A stretch of 64,000 bases of DNA from Bacteroidetes bacterium 2013_40CM_41_45 (GTDB lineage Bacteria > Bacteroidota > Bacteroidia > AKYH767-A > 2013-40CM-41-45), in the NCBI GenBank assembly GCA_002215675.1, contig NGFH01000011.1:9007-73006 (forward strand), written 5' to 3'. Below the pieces are notes generated by a model that saw only the letters and a list, made by a program, of their open reading frames with translations, did no database searches and had not been told where the DNA came from. A program made the translations under genes and the position numbers. Shown piece after piece: positions 19,484-29,968 of this stretch (position 1 is the stretch's first letter; each line of letters starts with the position of its first letter).

Positions 19484-22400
19484 TTACTTTTGAATTACAA
19501 CTTTTTTGACGGATATAAAGTTCTCGCTTGAAACTTTGAGCATGTAAACACCGCTTGACAGATTTGCAGTATTGATTTCACGCTTTTGGTTTGCATATAT
19601 CAGGGTGTTTGCAGCCACTTCGCTTCCCGACATATCGAGCAATTGTACGTTTGCATCTTCAGATACTATAACATTCAGCATGTCGGTTGCAGGATTCGGG
19701 AAGAGGGTAACCATGTTGTCCGTGTTCAGACCTAAAGCAACACCAACTCTTTCTCCGTTAACGTAAGCTTCGAGAGAATTTAAATCGGCCGTTGTGATTT
19801 GTCCTGTTGTATTGAAGCGGACAGAAAGCACCGGCTTGCTTGTTTCATATTTCTGCAAGCTGTACGATGTGAAGCGGAAGGTCTTGTCATTTGCATTATA
19901 GTTTGCCAATGACTCGATGTGGCCGGTATGGTCAATAACAGAGTTCAGTGAAAGCTTCGACTCGTTAAACTTCATTGCAAAGTCAAGAGCATTAACATCG
20001 CTGCCGTACTGAATTGAAACAGGAACATCAACATAACCATTTCCTACAACTGCTTTGGTGATATCAAATATTACACGGTCGGTGCCGTTTTCGCGGAACA
20101 AATTGTTTGGCAATGCAGTAGCAAAGTTGCCGTTCACGTCTCCTAACAGAATGCCTTTGTAAGTTTCGGTTACAAGAATGGCGCAGTTGCCGGATGTGTC
20201 AGCGCTTGAAGAGGGCAGCGAAACACAGAACGGAACCTGTGGAACCCTGAATTTAGAATATCCAACTCCATCATCAAAAGGATACGTGGTAGATATAAGG
20301 TATCCCGTGTTGGTATTGACTGTTGTGTTATCAATAAACAGCCAATCTTTTGATAGTGGTCCGAGCGGATTACCCGAAGCATCGTAGTTCCAATCCTGCC
20401 TGTATTCAGGGAGAATCAAAACGGTTCTCTGGTTGATTTGCGAAAGGTCGCCTGCGCTTACAACTCCGTCAGTATTCACATCCATAGCAATCATCTGGAA
20501 CACGGTAGGAAGGAATGCCAGGTCATTAACCAACACCCTCCTGGTAAGGAATGCATCGAAGCCGTTTACAACAGGCTGAACGCTGGTGGCAGGCGTGATG
20601 TCTTTCTTGATGCTGATTTTGGGTCCGTTATTTATATCATAAACAAAATCACCATTTACATCGGGCTGCACAGCAACTGCAGATTGATTTCCGCAAGCAT
20701 TGTCCGTACCATAAATATTTGTAATCAAATGCTGGCTCGGGATAGCGGAATTATATGTGATTGGACTGTTGTTGAACCAGAACCTGAGCTTTCCACCAAA
20801 AGAAGTATCGCGGAAGGTTGAATAAGTGCCCAGGTCAGCCGGAACTGATGCTACACCTGTGATATAACTTTCCTGCAATGATTGAATGGATATATGGGTT
20901 GTATCAACATTGGCAAAACTTCCTGTCTTGGTAAACTCAACACAGAAAATATTTCCTACTCCGTGAAATTCAGAGTTTGCGGGAGCACTGCCGTTAAAGA
21001 ACAATGAAATGTAGACAAGCCCGTTTGCTGCGTCAACGTTATTGATGACATCAACGTGAGAAGGATTGACCAAATCATTATCTACAGTAACAACACCGGT
21101 GGGGGTAACTTTAGTATTGTCATAATGCATAACCACATCGTATCCTATAACATTATTTACAGTATCACGTGCTTCCACAGATAAACAGAAATTGCTGGGA
21201 ACACAAGTATTGCTTGCAGAAACAACTCCATAAGCAAGTGCATTCGGGTCAGAGACGGTGATGGTTACAATAGCAGAGGTTGCCTGTGCATTATTATTAT
21301 CAGTTGCTCTTGCCTTTAATTGACGTGAACCAAAAGGCGCACCGCTTACCCAGCTGAAATTGAAAGGACCGGGAGCAAGTACGGTTCCCACAACAACATT
21401 ATCAACCAGGAATTCTACCTGGGCAACTGTGCCATCGGGGTCGTTTGCATTAGTGGTAATGTTTACAGCTGCGGGAGCAACATATGGAGTTCCGTTGGCG
21501 GGAGCAGTAATGCTGATGGTAGGTGCAATGTTATTGCCAACTGTAAAATTAATCTGGCCTGAAGTAGTCTGGCCAAAACTATTGTCAGTAGCTACTGCTG
21601 TAAAATTATGTGAGCCAACGCTTGTACCTGTAACAACAAAATTATAGTTAGGTCCGCCGGTTGTTAAAGAATCATACGGTGTGCCGTCACGTTTCAAAAC
21701 AACTTTAGAAATAGTGCCGTCAGCATCGGTAGCATTAACTGTAACATTAATGGTTGCAGGGAAAATATAACTGGAATTATTAGCGGGAGCAGTAATGCTT
21801 ACCACCGGAGGAGTGTTGGGCACGCCATAGGTTCCTGTAAGGAAAGGCTGAGTAATTTCAGAGCCAACAGGACTTGAAGCCACGTAATTCTGAACTCCTG
21901 CACTTGGGGTTCCAATCTGAGCATTCAATTCAAAATGGAAAATTCCGGTAGTTGTAAACTGTCCGATTAATATGCGATTAGCAGCAGTAGGACCAACTGC
22001 GCCACCTAACGCAGCAACTGAGCCATTAGCTGTACTGAAGAATTGCGGTCCGGCTACAGTGTTGGTAGCATCCAGAATTCCAAGGTCACCGTTACCCGTA
22101 TTGTTGATACCAACAAACGTAACAGCAACAGGAGAGCCGGGAATCATACCATCATTAGCTAACAAGCTGGCGGTATTACCAATGTTGATGGGCCCTGTAG
22201 TTGACGGGTCATTGTTCTGAAGAATAGGTCCGCCAATTCCTGAAGCAGGGATATTACCCGGTGAACCATCCGTATCTTCCGTTTTAAATACACCAACTCT
22301 TCCACCTGCAGCTCCGCCAACTGAAAAATAAGAATCGAGCAAGGCAGCGCTCTTACGCATATTAGCAGCACTTGCCGTTGGAGAGGTTGCTCCCGAATTT

Positions 22401-22675
22401 TCGTCATTGAAGAATTTAGTAGTTGTATTCACCAACAACGTGTGGCCCGGTACTCCATACAATGCCTGGAAGTTATAGCCCGGAAGCATTACTGCCCATA
22501 ACCTATAGGTAACTGAACCAACAGGAAGAACACCACTGCCATTAGCTGCGCTTCCAATGGAGTCAGCTGCGGTTGATACGTAGTATTTTTCTACTACGAT
22601 ATTTGTAAGCCCTTGTTGGGCGCCGGCCATTGCCGCAATCAGGAAAAGGGCAAAGCCAATTAAAATCTTTTTCAT
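19484..22675 (-). CDS. Large T9SS cargo: novel N-domain + 2 Ig-like (Big) + cohesin-like + dockerin-like + cohesin-like + CTD
   Basis: Signal peptide; P.VSITAPAN..DADGTI/DPDGTV..ATDN Big repeats; MDVNTDGVVSAGD EF-hand; LFPNPA..SGVYML CTD. Confidence 0.8.
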   Translation of the reverse strand: MKKILIGFALFLIAAMAGAQQGLTNIVVEKYYVSTAADSIGSAANGSGVLPVGSVTYRLWAVMLPGYNFQALYGVPGHTLLVNTTTKFFNDENSGATSPTASAANMRKSAALLDSYFSVGGAAGGRVGVFKTEDTDGSPGNIPASGIGGPILQNNDPSTTGPINIGNTASLLANDGMIPGSPVAVTFVGINNTGNGDLGILDATNTVAGPQFFSTANGSVAALGGAVGPTAANRILIGQFTTTGIFHFELNAQIGTPSAGVQNYVASSPVGSEITQPFLTGTYGVPNTPPVVSITAPANNSSYIFPATINVTVNATDADGTISKVVLKRDGTPYDSLTTGGPNYNFVVTGTSVGSHNFTAVATDNSFGQTTSGQINFTVGNNIAPTISITAPANGTPYVAPAAVNITTNANDPDGTVAQVEFLVDNVVVGTVLAPGPFNFSWVSGAPFGSRQLKARATDNNNAQATSAIVTITVSDPNALAYGVVSASNTCVPSNFCLSVEARDTVNNVIGYDVVMHYDNTKVTPTGVVTVDNDLVNPSHVDVINNVDAANGLVYISLFFNGSAPANSEFHGVGNIFCVEFTKTGSFANVDTTHISIQSLQESYITGVASVPADLGTYSTFRDTSFGGKLRFWFNNSPITYNSAIPSQHLITNIYGTDNACGNQSAVAVQPDVNGDFVYDINNGPKISIKKDITPATSVQPVVNGFDAFLTRRVLVNDLAFLPTVFQMIAMDVNTDGVVSAGDLSQINQRTVLILPEYRQDWNYDASGNPLGPLSKDWLFIDNTTVNTNTGYLISTTYPFDDGVGYSKFRVPQVPFCVSLPSSSADTSGNCAILVTETYKGILLGDVNGNFATALPNNLFRENGTDRVIFDITKAVVGNGYVDVPVSIQYGSDVNALDFAMKFNESKLSLNSVIDHTGHIESLANYNANDKTFRFTSYSLQKYETSKPVLSVRFNTTGQITTADLNSLEAYVNGERVGVALGLNTDNMVTLFPNPATDMLNVIVSEDANVQLLDMSGSEVAANTLIYANQKREINTANLSSGVYMLKVSSENFISVKKVVIQK

Positions 22676-22722
22676 ATTATTTCTTGTTTTATATTTGTTA
22701 AGATTTATTTTTCATTTTATTG

Positions 22723-22757
22723 ATTAGAGATATGATGTCGTATATCATATCTCTAAT
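22723..22757. other. Long intergenic hairpin (terminator or mRNA processing/stability element)
   Basis: ATTAGAGATATGAT-GTCGTAT-ATCATATCTCTAAT, 14-bp perfect stem. Confidence 0.6.
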
Positions 22758-22768
22758 TTTTTTTGTGA

Positions 22769-24460
22769 CTATTGGCAAGATTGATTGAACTGTCCGAGTA
22801 ACTGGAGGAAGTCAACATTATTTGTAACGCCATCACCGTTAAGGTCTGTTGGGCAAGGTTGAAGCCCGGTAACAGCATTTAATAATGTAGTGTATGTCCA
22901 GCCCGATAACCAGTTTTGGCCACTGCTTGCAAATGCACCTCTATAGGGAGCAGCAGTGTAGAATCCATCAGCAGGAGCAGAAGGACAACCCGCAGTTGAA
23001 AGTGCAGGATTGGGAATTGCATCAATTCTGTGAGAGATAGCATTGGTTGTATTGTTTACCGTGAAGGTGTAATCAAAACCCGGAACAGTTAAAACAGCGA
23101 TGTTTTTATCTGTGGTATAAAACTGCGCCGTGTCAGATGTAACTACATTTGCCGGATTGCTGCCAACTGTAATAGGATTTGTAACGTTGACCAGGGTATT
23201 ACATTTAAACTTTAAGCTGTTTGTAGAATTGCCGCCTGTGTTTGCCCAGTTGTGATATGCTTCACTGGGAACTCCGTTGACTGTTGCCGCAACAGCATTT
23301 CTGGTACCGAGGGATTTCACCATGTTGAATCCGTTTTTCCAAAAAGCGAAAACAGAATTATAAACTTCGCCTTCGGTCATTTCTTTAGCATTCATTGCCG
23401 CAATTGAACTATTATCACTGGTAAGCACTGTTTTGCTGTTTCCAATCATGGTCGTATTGTAAATAACAGGATGCGAACGCGGAAGCAGGCAGGATTTTTG
23501 GTCGTCAGCATCAGCTTCTATTCCGTTATCAGAGTCAACACTCGAGGTGTTGTCTGTCTTCAGAACAAATATGAATTGCGCTCTTCCTCTCCAGCCGTCA
23601 TCGTAGTCAAGGTTATCATCATTACCGAACAAGAATGAGCAGTACTTAAGGTCTACGGTTCCGCCCCAAAGTTCAATTGCGTCATCACCAGAGGAAACAA
23701 TCTCGAGATGCTCAATCGTGGTGCCACGTCCAACAGAACCTAAAGACAATCCGTTAAGCTCACCGCCAACCTGCAAGATTGCACCGGCATGGCGAATAGA
23801 AACATAACGAAGAATTCCTGAGTTATCATTATCATCAAACTGTGCAGGAGTTACACCAAACTGGTCTTTGCTGTTAGAAGAAGCAAATCCTTCAAATGTG
23901 CCAATGCCATCCGCAACGCAGAGGCGGCCATCGCCAACACCAGGTTGAAAAGGACCGTTAGCGGCAAAAGTCAGGTTGTTGCTTGCTTTTCCTGCAATCG
24001 TAACACCTCCCCATTTACTAATATTGGAAATGGGATATGTACCATCTAAATTATCTGCTTCTGCGGTAAAAACAATCTGGCAGGTACCAGAACCACTGGC
24101 AAAAACTTTACCGCCTACTTCAACACTGAGTGTGGTTGCCGAGTCAGCCGTAGAATACTGTCTTCCTTTGATTACTGTACCCGGCTGGATGGTTAATGAT
24201 TTTCCGCTGGGCACGTAAATCTTTTTGTCGAGTATCCATGTGTGCGCACAATCGAAGATGGTGTTAGCGGCAGTAAGCTCGCCATCACCGGCGCCACCGT
24301 TAGTGGCCAGCGTAGATACAAGAACTGTTGGTCTGGATGATACCGGCGTGGGACATCCGCAATCTGTACCAAGGTTTGTCTGGGCAAAACCGAGGGACAC
24401 AGATGCAACGGCAAGAGCTGCCGATGCAACTAAATTGGTAAGAGTTTTTTTTGTTTTCAT
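22769..24460 (-). CDS. Secreted right-handed beta-helix-type protein with a C-terminal dockerin-like motif
   Basis: LTIQPGTVIKG, WGGVTIAGKA, DNSGILRYVSIRHAG, ELNGLSLGSVGRGT, DDAIELWGG, YRGAF..W..GWT; ends CPTDLNGDGVTNNVDFLQLLGQF; start at MKTKKTL. Confidence 0.78.
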   Translation of the reverse strand: MKTKKTLTNLVASAALAVASVSLGFAQTNLGTDCGCPTPVSSRPTVLVSTLATNGGAGDGELTAANTIFDCAHTWILDKKIYVPSGKSLTIQPGTVIKGRQYSTADSATTLSVEVGGKVFASGSGTCQIVFTAEADNLDGTYPISNISKWGGVTIAGKASNNLTFAANGPFQPGVGDGRLCVADGIGTFEGFASSNSKDQFGVTPAQFDDNDNSGILRYVSIRHAGAILQVGGELNGLSLGSVGRGTTIEHLEIVSSGDDAIELWGGTVDLKYCSFLFGNDDNLDYDDGWRGRAQFIFVLKTDNTSSVDSDNGIEADADDQKSCLLPRSHPVIYNTTMIGNSKTVLTSDNSSIAAMNAKEMTEGEVYNSVFAFWKNGFNMVKSLGTRNAVAATVNGVPSEAYHNWANTGGNSTNSLKFKCNTLVNVTNPITVGSNPANVVTSDTAQFYTTDKNIAVLTVPGFDYTFTVNNTTNAISHRIDAIPNPALSTAGCPSAPADGFYTAAPYRGAFASSGQNWLSGWTYTTLLNAVTGLQPCPTDLNGDGVTNNVDFLQLLGQFNQSCQ

Positions 24461-24723
24461 TTTTTTAAGTTTTGTTTTTTTAAATCCACCCTTATTGGTG
24501 GACGATGCAAATAACATGCAGCAGGTTCACAGGATGATTAAAGTGAAGTCACTAAATCATTATAAATAGATGTACCGAATGTTACCATGATGTTAAGTGC
24601 TCTTAACATCATCTTTATATGCTGAAAGCTACGGCTGATGAGGGTTTCAGCCCTTCGTAAGAAAGTTTTGTGAATTCCCGCTGCTTGAAGCGAGGCATAA
24701 AAAACCGGTATATACCGGTGCAA

Positions 24724-25464
24724 TTAATCTTTTACGCAGCGAATACTGAAACCGTAATTCTTAGAACATTTAGAGCGAAACACATTGGCATTTTTGTAAT
24801 CGAGATAGCGGTACCATGCATCGTTTGTGTTGCTTTTCTCTGTGGCAGTCCACCAGAAACCTGTTGAGAACAATCCGGGAGTTCCCCATCTGCTGTCATC
24901 CAGGCGGCAGCTTCCTGCAAGTGCGGAGAACCCGCTTTCGTTCGTTGACCAGACATCTCCATAAGCGTGCCAGTTATCAGGTAATTCTATTTTAAGTTTT
25001 TCTGCTTCATGAGTTCCGCGCCAGCTTACATTGTCTGCATCATTGCTGCTCATACCCAGGAAGCGTTCCAATGCTTTCCATTCATCATCTGTCGGAATAT
25101 GCCAGCCGGCAGGAGCAAGATTTGAAGTGTCGTTCACAGTAAACCAGTTGTAGAGCAATCCGGGAGAAGACGCATCTTTTTCATACAAACAATATGCTCC
25201 GGAGCTTTGCGTCCAATCAATGGAATCTTGTCCGATATTTATTTGAAATCTGTTGCGGTATTTTTTCACTTTCAGATTCTCAGCCATCCACCATTGGTTC
25301 CCGATTTTGACGGTCTTGTAAATATTTCCTTCAATATCCGTCATAGTTCCGGTCTCATGAACAATGGGAGTATTTGCTTCTTCTTTTTTGCAACCGGAGC
25401 TGAACAAGAAAAGCAGCGCTGCTATACTTATGCTTTGAGAAAACGTTCTGTTAAAGATATTCAT
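24724..25464 (-). CDS. FISUMP (Fibrobacter succinogenes major paralogous) domain lipoprotein
   Basis: Lipobox SSGC-KKEE; DIEGNIYKTVKIGNQWWMAENL, GLLYNW, PAGWHIPT, GFSIRCVKD. Confidence 0.9.
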   Translation of the reverse strand: MNIFNRTFSQSISIAALLFLFSSGCKKEEANTPIVHETGTMTDIEGNIYKTVKIGNQWWMAENLKVKKYRNRFQINIGQDSIDWTQSSGAYCLYEKDASSPGLLYNWFTVNDTSNLAPAGWHIPTDDEWKALERFLGMSSNDADNVSWRGTHEAEKLKIELPDNWHAYGDVWSTNESGFSALAGSCRLDDSRWGTPGLFSTGFWWTATEKSNTNDAWYRYLDYKNANVFRSKCSKNYGFSIRCVKD

Positions 25465-25502
25465 ACTGATTTATATTCAATGTTGATTCAGTACCCGTGC
25501 AA

Positions 25503-26846
25503 TTATTTTTTCAAAAACATTTTGCTTTCAGAAGCATCTCCTGTAAAAATGCGGAAGAGATGTACTCCTGTATTCAATGTTGAAATATCTACTTTTATAG
25601 TGCCCTTGGCTGCGCCAAGATTTTTCTCGAGCATCAGTTTTCCCAACGCATCATAGATAAAATATTTTACTTCCTTATCGTTGTCAGGTGAAATATGAAA
25701 TGTAAGGTCTGAATGTGCGGGATTGGGATAAAGGTTAAACCGTTTTGTTGCGTCATTCAGTGAAGGACAGACCACACTTATGTCGCGGTCGTTACAGTAG
25801 CCGGGATAACAGCAAAGTGATGAAATGTTGAAGTTGGCATTAGTGTTGTAATTGCAGGCGAGCGCATCCATGCAGCCGAAAACGATTCGTGTGCGGCATG
25901 AATCGGAATTGTTGCAGGCATAGGTGGGACTGTATTCAAGAAAATTCGGGTCAGTACATCCGCATACAGGAGGATACATAAGGTAAGGAGAAAGTTTGAA
26001 TGAATCGCTGTTGACTTCTCCCTCTGCAAATTTTGAAACGTATTTCACAGGTAATGCAGACCCGGGTTCGAACACTTCAACATTGAGCTCAAAAGAAATA
26101 TCACCGTGTGTTGTTAATTGAGCTACTAACACACTGTTATCAGATGCAACAGGGCCCCGCACTCCAACGGTCTGGCGAAGAACTGCATGATTACTGACGA
26201 ATTCTGAGCGAACACTGTCCTGGCCAAACATGGTTGTATCATTTCCAAAAGCATCGGCAAAACCGTCTACGCCCCACTGCCCTGCTATTATGCTGTCCGT
26301 CACTAAACTGTCGTGAATCAAACCATCTTCCTGTGTCAATGGAATTCCTGCCGCCGCATCATTATTCATTAACAATTCTGTTATTCCTGAGCTGCCCCCG
26401 TCATTGCCCGGATGCAGTATTGTTCCATTGGAATCTTTTATTTTTTGTATACCATAATGTTTCTTCGTAGCCCTTCCAAGAGTAAGCCACGTGTCAAGAG
26501 CTACTGTGTTGTGCAACAATTTCGTATTATCAATGTCTTTGCCGAAACTCATTCCTCTGTCCCTATTATTAAAAAAATTCTCGGTGCTTTTTATTTTAAG
26601 CGCGTGCAGCGTGTCCCCGTAAATTGCTCTCAGGCGTGAACCTGGCACCAGATTAATATACACTCTATATGTTTTTGAGCCTGCCTTAAGATTCAAGTCA
26701 GGAATTCCGGCTGAACCATCTGTGTCGGTAGAATCATTTCCATCTGAGATATAATATGTCTCCACCGTTACACTAGTGACTTGTGCGCGAAGAGAGACAG
26801 GAAAAATCAGTGCTGCAAGCAGGCAAAGCAGAAGAAAGTTTTTCAT
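25503..26846 (-). CDS. T9SS cargo with the novel N-domain, Cys-rich GCTDP/GCMD repeats and CTD
   Basis: VETYYISD..TYRVY..FFNN..LDTWLTLG..VLVAQLTT.G..SFELN; LYPNPA CTD. Confidence 0.8.
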   Translation of the reverse strand: MKNFLLLCLLAALIFPVSLRAQVTSVTVETYYISDGNDSTDTDGSAGIPDLNLKAGSKTYRVYINLVPGSRLRAIYGDTLHALKIKSTENFFNNRDRGMSFGKDIDNTKLLHNTVALDTWLTLGRATKKHYGIQKIKDSNGTILHPGNDGGSSGITELLMNNDAAAGIPLTQEDGLIHDSLVTDSIIAGQWGVDGFADAFGNDTTMFGQDSVRSEFVSNHAVLRQTVGVRGPVASDNSVLVAQLTTHGDISFELNVEVFEPGSALPVKYVSKFAEGEVNSDSFKLSPYLMYPPVCGCTDPNFLEYSPTYACNNSDSCRTRIVFGCMDALACNYNTNANFNISSLCCYPGYCNDRDISVVCPSLNDATKRFNLYPNPAHSDLTFHISPDNDKEVKYFIYDALGKLMLEKNLGAAKGTIKVDISTLNTGVHLFRIFTGDASESKMFLKK

Positions 26847-26864
26847 GACAATATTTTTTTATGA

Positions 26865-29800
26865 TTAAAGTTTGTAAGAGAAACTAAGAATGTAATTGGT
26901 GCCATAGGTGTATTTATCAAAGACAACATCAGAACCTTTATAAGAACGGATAACAGAAGAATTAAAAACATCACGCACGGTCAGGCTTGTGCCGAAATGT
27001 TTGCCAAGCTTTTTTGTAACCTTAACATCCAGTAAATGCCTGGGTTGCTCATACACATCAGGAATGTTCGGATTATCAGAGGTAATTACCAATCGCTCTC
27101 CCTGTACATTATAGCTTACGGCAACAGACAACCCCAGGCTGTCTGAATTATAAGCAAGTATTCCGTTAATGACGTAAGGCGCCTGGCCGTACATGGTCCT
27201 TGTCAGTGTGTCTATGGGAATATATTGCCTGATGCCGCCGGGAAAATCTATTCTGCTTCGCACGAATTTTGTCTCAGACCTTATCAAGGCTACGTTCGCC
27301 CTTAGCTCGAGATGTGCGGGTAATGTCTTTCGTCCCTCCAATTCAATTCCCATTACATGCGACTTGTCAACATTCTGCCATGTTAATCCGACCGACTTTA
27401 CTAATTCGATATGATTTTTGAAATCCTTATAAAATAAACTCATAGATATATTGTCTCCTGACTTGAAATATGACTCTACACGCATATCATAATTTTTTAT
27501 GCGGACTGATTTGAGCTCAGAATTTCCGAAAACAAATTCTCTGAATTCGTAGTCAAGCAGAGCCACATCAGAAAGTTCGCGTAAGCCCGGTCGGGCAACG
27601 GTTTCACTATAATTCAATCTCAAATTTATTTGCGTGGTATCACTGTCTTTCAATTTATAAATTACGTTGGCGCTCGGCAAATAACTTGTTTCGTTCAGCG
27701 TTCCCGGATTGATTAGCGGATAAGAAGAAGAATAATCCCTTCGCGGGTCATTGGCAGCATAACCAAGTGAATCAAATTTGTAAACGTCAGTGAAAAGGTC
27801 AGCGGCTTCAACTCGTAGCCCTCCTAAAAAACGCAAGCGAGGAATGATAGCGTAATCAACCAAAGCGAATCCTGCACCAATCTCACTCTTTCCGAAAGTA
27901 TGGTATGCGGGGTTATCGTTAAGCTCATAGTAATCGTCAATCGTGCTGCGCAGATAACCGTTAACATCGGTGTAATTGCGAATTTCAAATTTACTTAGGT
28001 CGAAGAATGCATCAAGGTCATTATTAGTCAAAACGGAATTACCTTTGAAAGCAAGGCGATAATCATATTGGTCGCTCACCTTGTCATTCTTCTGATACGC
28101 TCCGCCAAATTTTATTTTTCTTGCTACGCCCGGTTTTTTATCAAGGGGAAATTCTATTGACATTCTTGAGTCAAAAAGATTATCGGATAAATACCTGTAA
28201 TACCTGTGTACACCGTCACGGATGGCAGGGTCAACTTCATAGGTATGAGAGTTTATTAAATACCAGTATTGTATGTTTTTAAAATCAGGGGCGCTGCTTT
28301 TTCCGTTGGTATAGGATGCATCCGTCTCAATTTTTATTTTCGTTCCCGGCAAATAATTCTCTGCCTTGAACTGATAAACCAATTGCCTGCGCTGCTCATA
28401 AAACTGGCTTTTCGTTAATACATAACTATTTGACGACACATCTGTTGTATCCAAAGAGCCAAGAGCGCTGTTGATACCTGTGAAGTTCGGCATAAACAGC
28501 AACGACACGCTATTGTTCGGGTTAAGTTTGTATGCCAAATTCACCAACGCACTCCAACCGTTTGTTTCCTTGCCTGCTTCCTGATGCGCAGTAGATGACA
28601 GACTGCCATCTGCCCTTAACCTGTTTACCCTGGAATCGGGGTCATATGTAATGGAACTTCCGTAACGATATCCAAAAAGAAAACCCAGCGGCTTTCCAAG
28701 TAATGTTGTCTGGTTGCCGATACTGAAACTCTGCGAGAAATTTAAGGGAGCTTTCCGCGATTGTGTATTCCAATTGTCAGGAAAAGATTTGCCTGTCTGC
28801 GGCACTTCTGCATTGATAGTATTAAAAGCCTGCGATTTATATGTGCCACCCAGGTAAAGAGCTACAGCGTTTTGGTAGGCGGTATTATCATTAATTAACG
28901 CAGGAGGCAAAAGCCCGAGTTGGACAAGCCCCAATCTGAAATAAGTATCTCCATTGTTGTTATCCTGCGACCAGTTTTCCTGTGTTACTCCCAACGAATT
29001 AAAATACGGGCCCAATCCTAACGCCACGAATTCCTGGTACTGTGTGGGGGTAGGAAAATTTTTTGCAAAGTCAGTATGAGTTCGGTCGCGGAGATTGTTG
29101 TCGTAGCCAAGCCAATCTGTTGAGCTGCGCTGCGAAGTGATTACATCTTTAAACGTGCTTTGGTTATTATATCCTAAAGACGTTTCGACATTTACGGAAA
29201 GCTGTTCAGGATAATCTTTTGTCTCAACAGAAATATATGCACCTGCAAAATCACCGGGCAAATCAGGGCTTGCTGTTTTGGTAATGATGACATTGTCTAC
29301 CAAACTTGCCGGAAATAAATCGAGCTTAATGTTATTAGTGAAAGGGTCAAGCGTTGGTATGCGTGAACCATTGATAGATGTCTTCACATACCGGTCGCCA
29401 ATGCCGCGCACGGTGATAAAGCTTCCGTTGGTGGAAACACCTGTTACACGTGTTACAGCAGCGGTCACGTTGGCATCACCAGTTTTGCGTATGGTTTCAG
29501 AAGAAATGTAATCGAAAGTTGTGGCAGATTTCTTCTTTACATTTTCAATAAAATATTCTTTCGACTTTACCGCTTTTGCCGCAATCTCTACTTCTTTGAT
29601 TGCCTGTGCCGATGATTTAAGTACAAAATTTTTAACTATGACTTCTCCTTTTCCGGGATGAACTGATTCCTCTATAACCTGGTAACCGACATACGTTATC
29701 AATATAGTCTGCGCTGTTGAATCAGATACTTTCAGCGAATAATTTCCATCGAAGTCAGTAACGGTTCCTACCGAGCGGTTTGCGTTGAGCACAATAGCAA

Positions 29801-29957
29801 CACCAATCAGTGTTTCCCCGTTTTCATCGGTTATTTTTCCCCGTATGGTTCCCTGCGAAAAAACGAAGCTGCACAGAAGCAAGCCGATGGCAGTTAAAAA
29901 AAATGATAACTTCAATTTATTCATTGCTTGTACCGATGGGAATTTGATTTTAAGCAA
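26865..29957 (-). CDS. TonB-dependent outer-membrane receptor with CarboxypepD-like N-domain
   Basis: GTIRGKITD..TDFDGNY; plug VRGIGDRY..LDLFP..KTASPDLPGDFAG; barrel ending in FSYKL. Confidence 0.92.
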   Translation of the reverse strand: MLKIKFPSVQAMNKLKLSFFLTAIGLLLCSFVFSQGTIRGKITDENGETLIGVAIVLNANRSVGTVTDFDGNYSLKVSDSTAQTILITYVGYQVIEESVHPGKGEVIVKNFVLKSSAQAIKEVEIAAKAVKSKEYFIENVKKKSATTFDYISSETIRKTGDANVTAAVTRVTGVSTNGSFITVRGIGDRYVKTSINGSRIPTLDPFTNNIKLDLFPASLVDNVIITKTASPDLPGDFAGAYISVETKDYPEQLSVNVETSLGYNNQSTFKDVITSQRSSTDWLGYDNNLRDRTHTDFAKNFPTPTQYQEFVALGLGPYFNSLGVTQENWSQDNNNGDTYFRLGLVQLGLLPPALINDNTAYQNAVALYLGGTYKSQAFNTINAEVPQTGKSFPDNWNTQSRKAPLNFSQSFSIGNQTTLLGKPLGFLFGYRYGSSITYDPDSRVNRLRADGSLSSTAHQEAGKETNGWSALVNLAYKLNPNNSVSLLFMPNFTGINSALGSLDTTDVSSNSYVLTKSQFYEQRRQLVYQFKAENYLPGTKIKIETDASYTNGKSSAPDFKNIQYWYLINSHTYEVDPAIRDGVHRYYRYLSDNLFDSRMSIEFPLDKKPGVARKIKFGGAYQKNDKVSDQYDYRLAFKGNSVLTNNDLDAFFDLSKFEIRNYTDVNGYLRSTIDDYYELNDNPAYHTFGKSEIGAGFALVDYAIIPRLRFLGGLRVEAADLFTDVYKFDSLGYAANDPRRDYSSSYPLINPGTLNETSYLPSANVIYKLKDSDTTQINLRLNYSETVARPGLRELSDVALLDYEFREFVFGNSELKSVRIKNYDMRVESYFKSGDNISMSLFYKDFKNHIELVKSVGLTWQNVDKSHVMGIELEGRKTLPAHLELRANVALIRSETKFVRSRIDFPGGIRQYIPIDTLTRTMYGQAPYVINGILAYNSDSLGLSVAVSYNVQGERLVITSDNPNIPDVYEQPRHLLDVKVTKKLGKHFGTSLTVRDVFNSSVIRSYKGSDVVFDKYTYGTNYILSFSYKL

Positions 29958-29968
29958 TGGAGTCGCAA

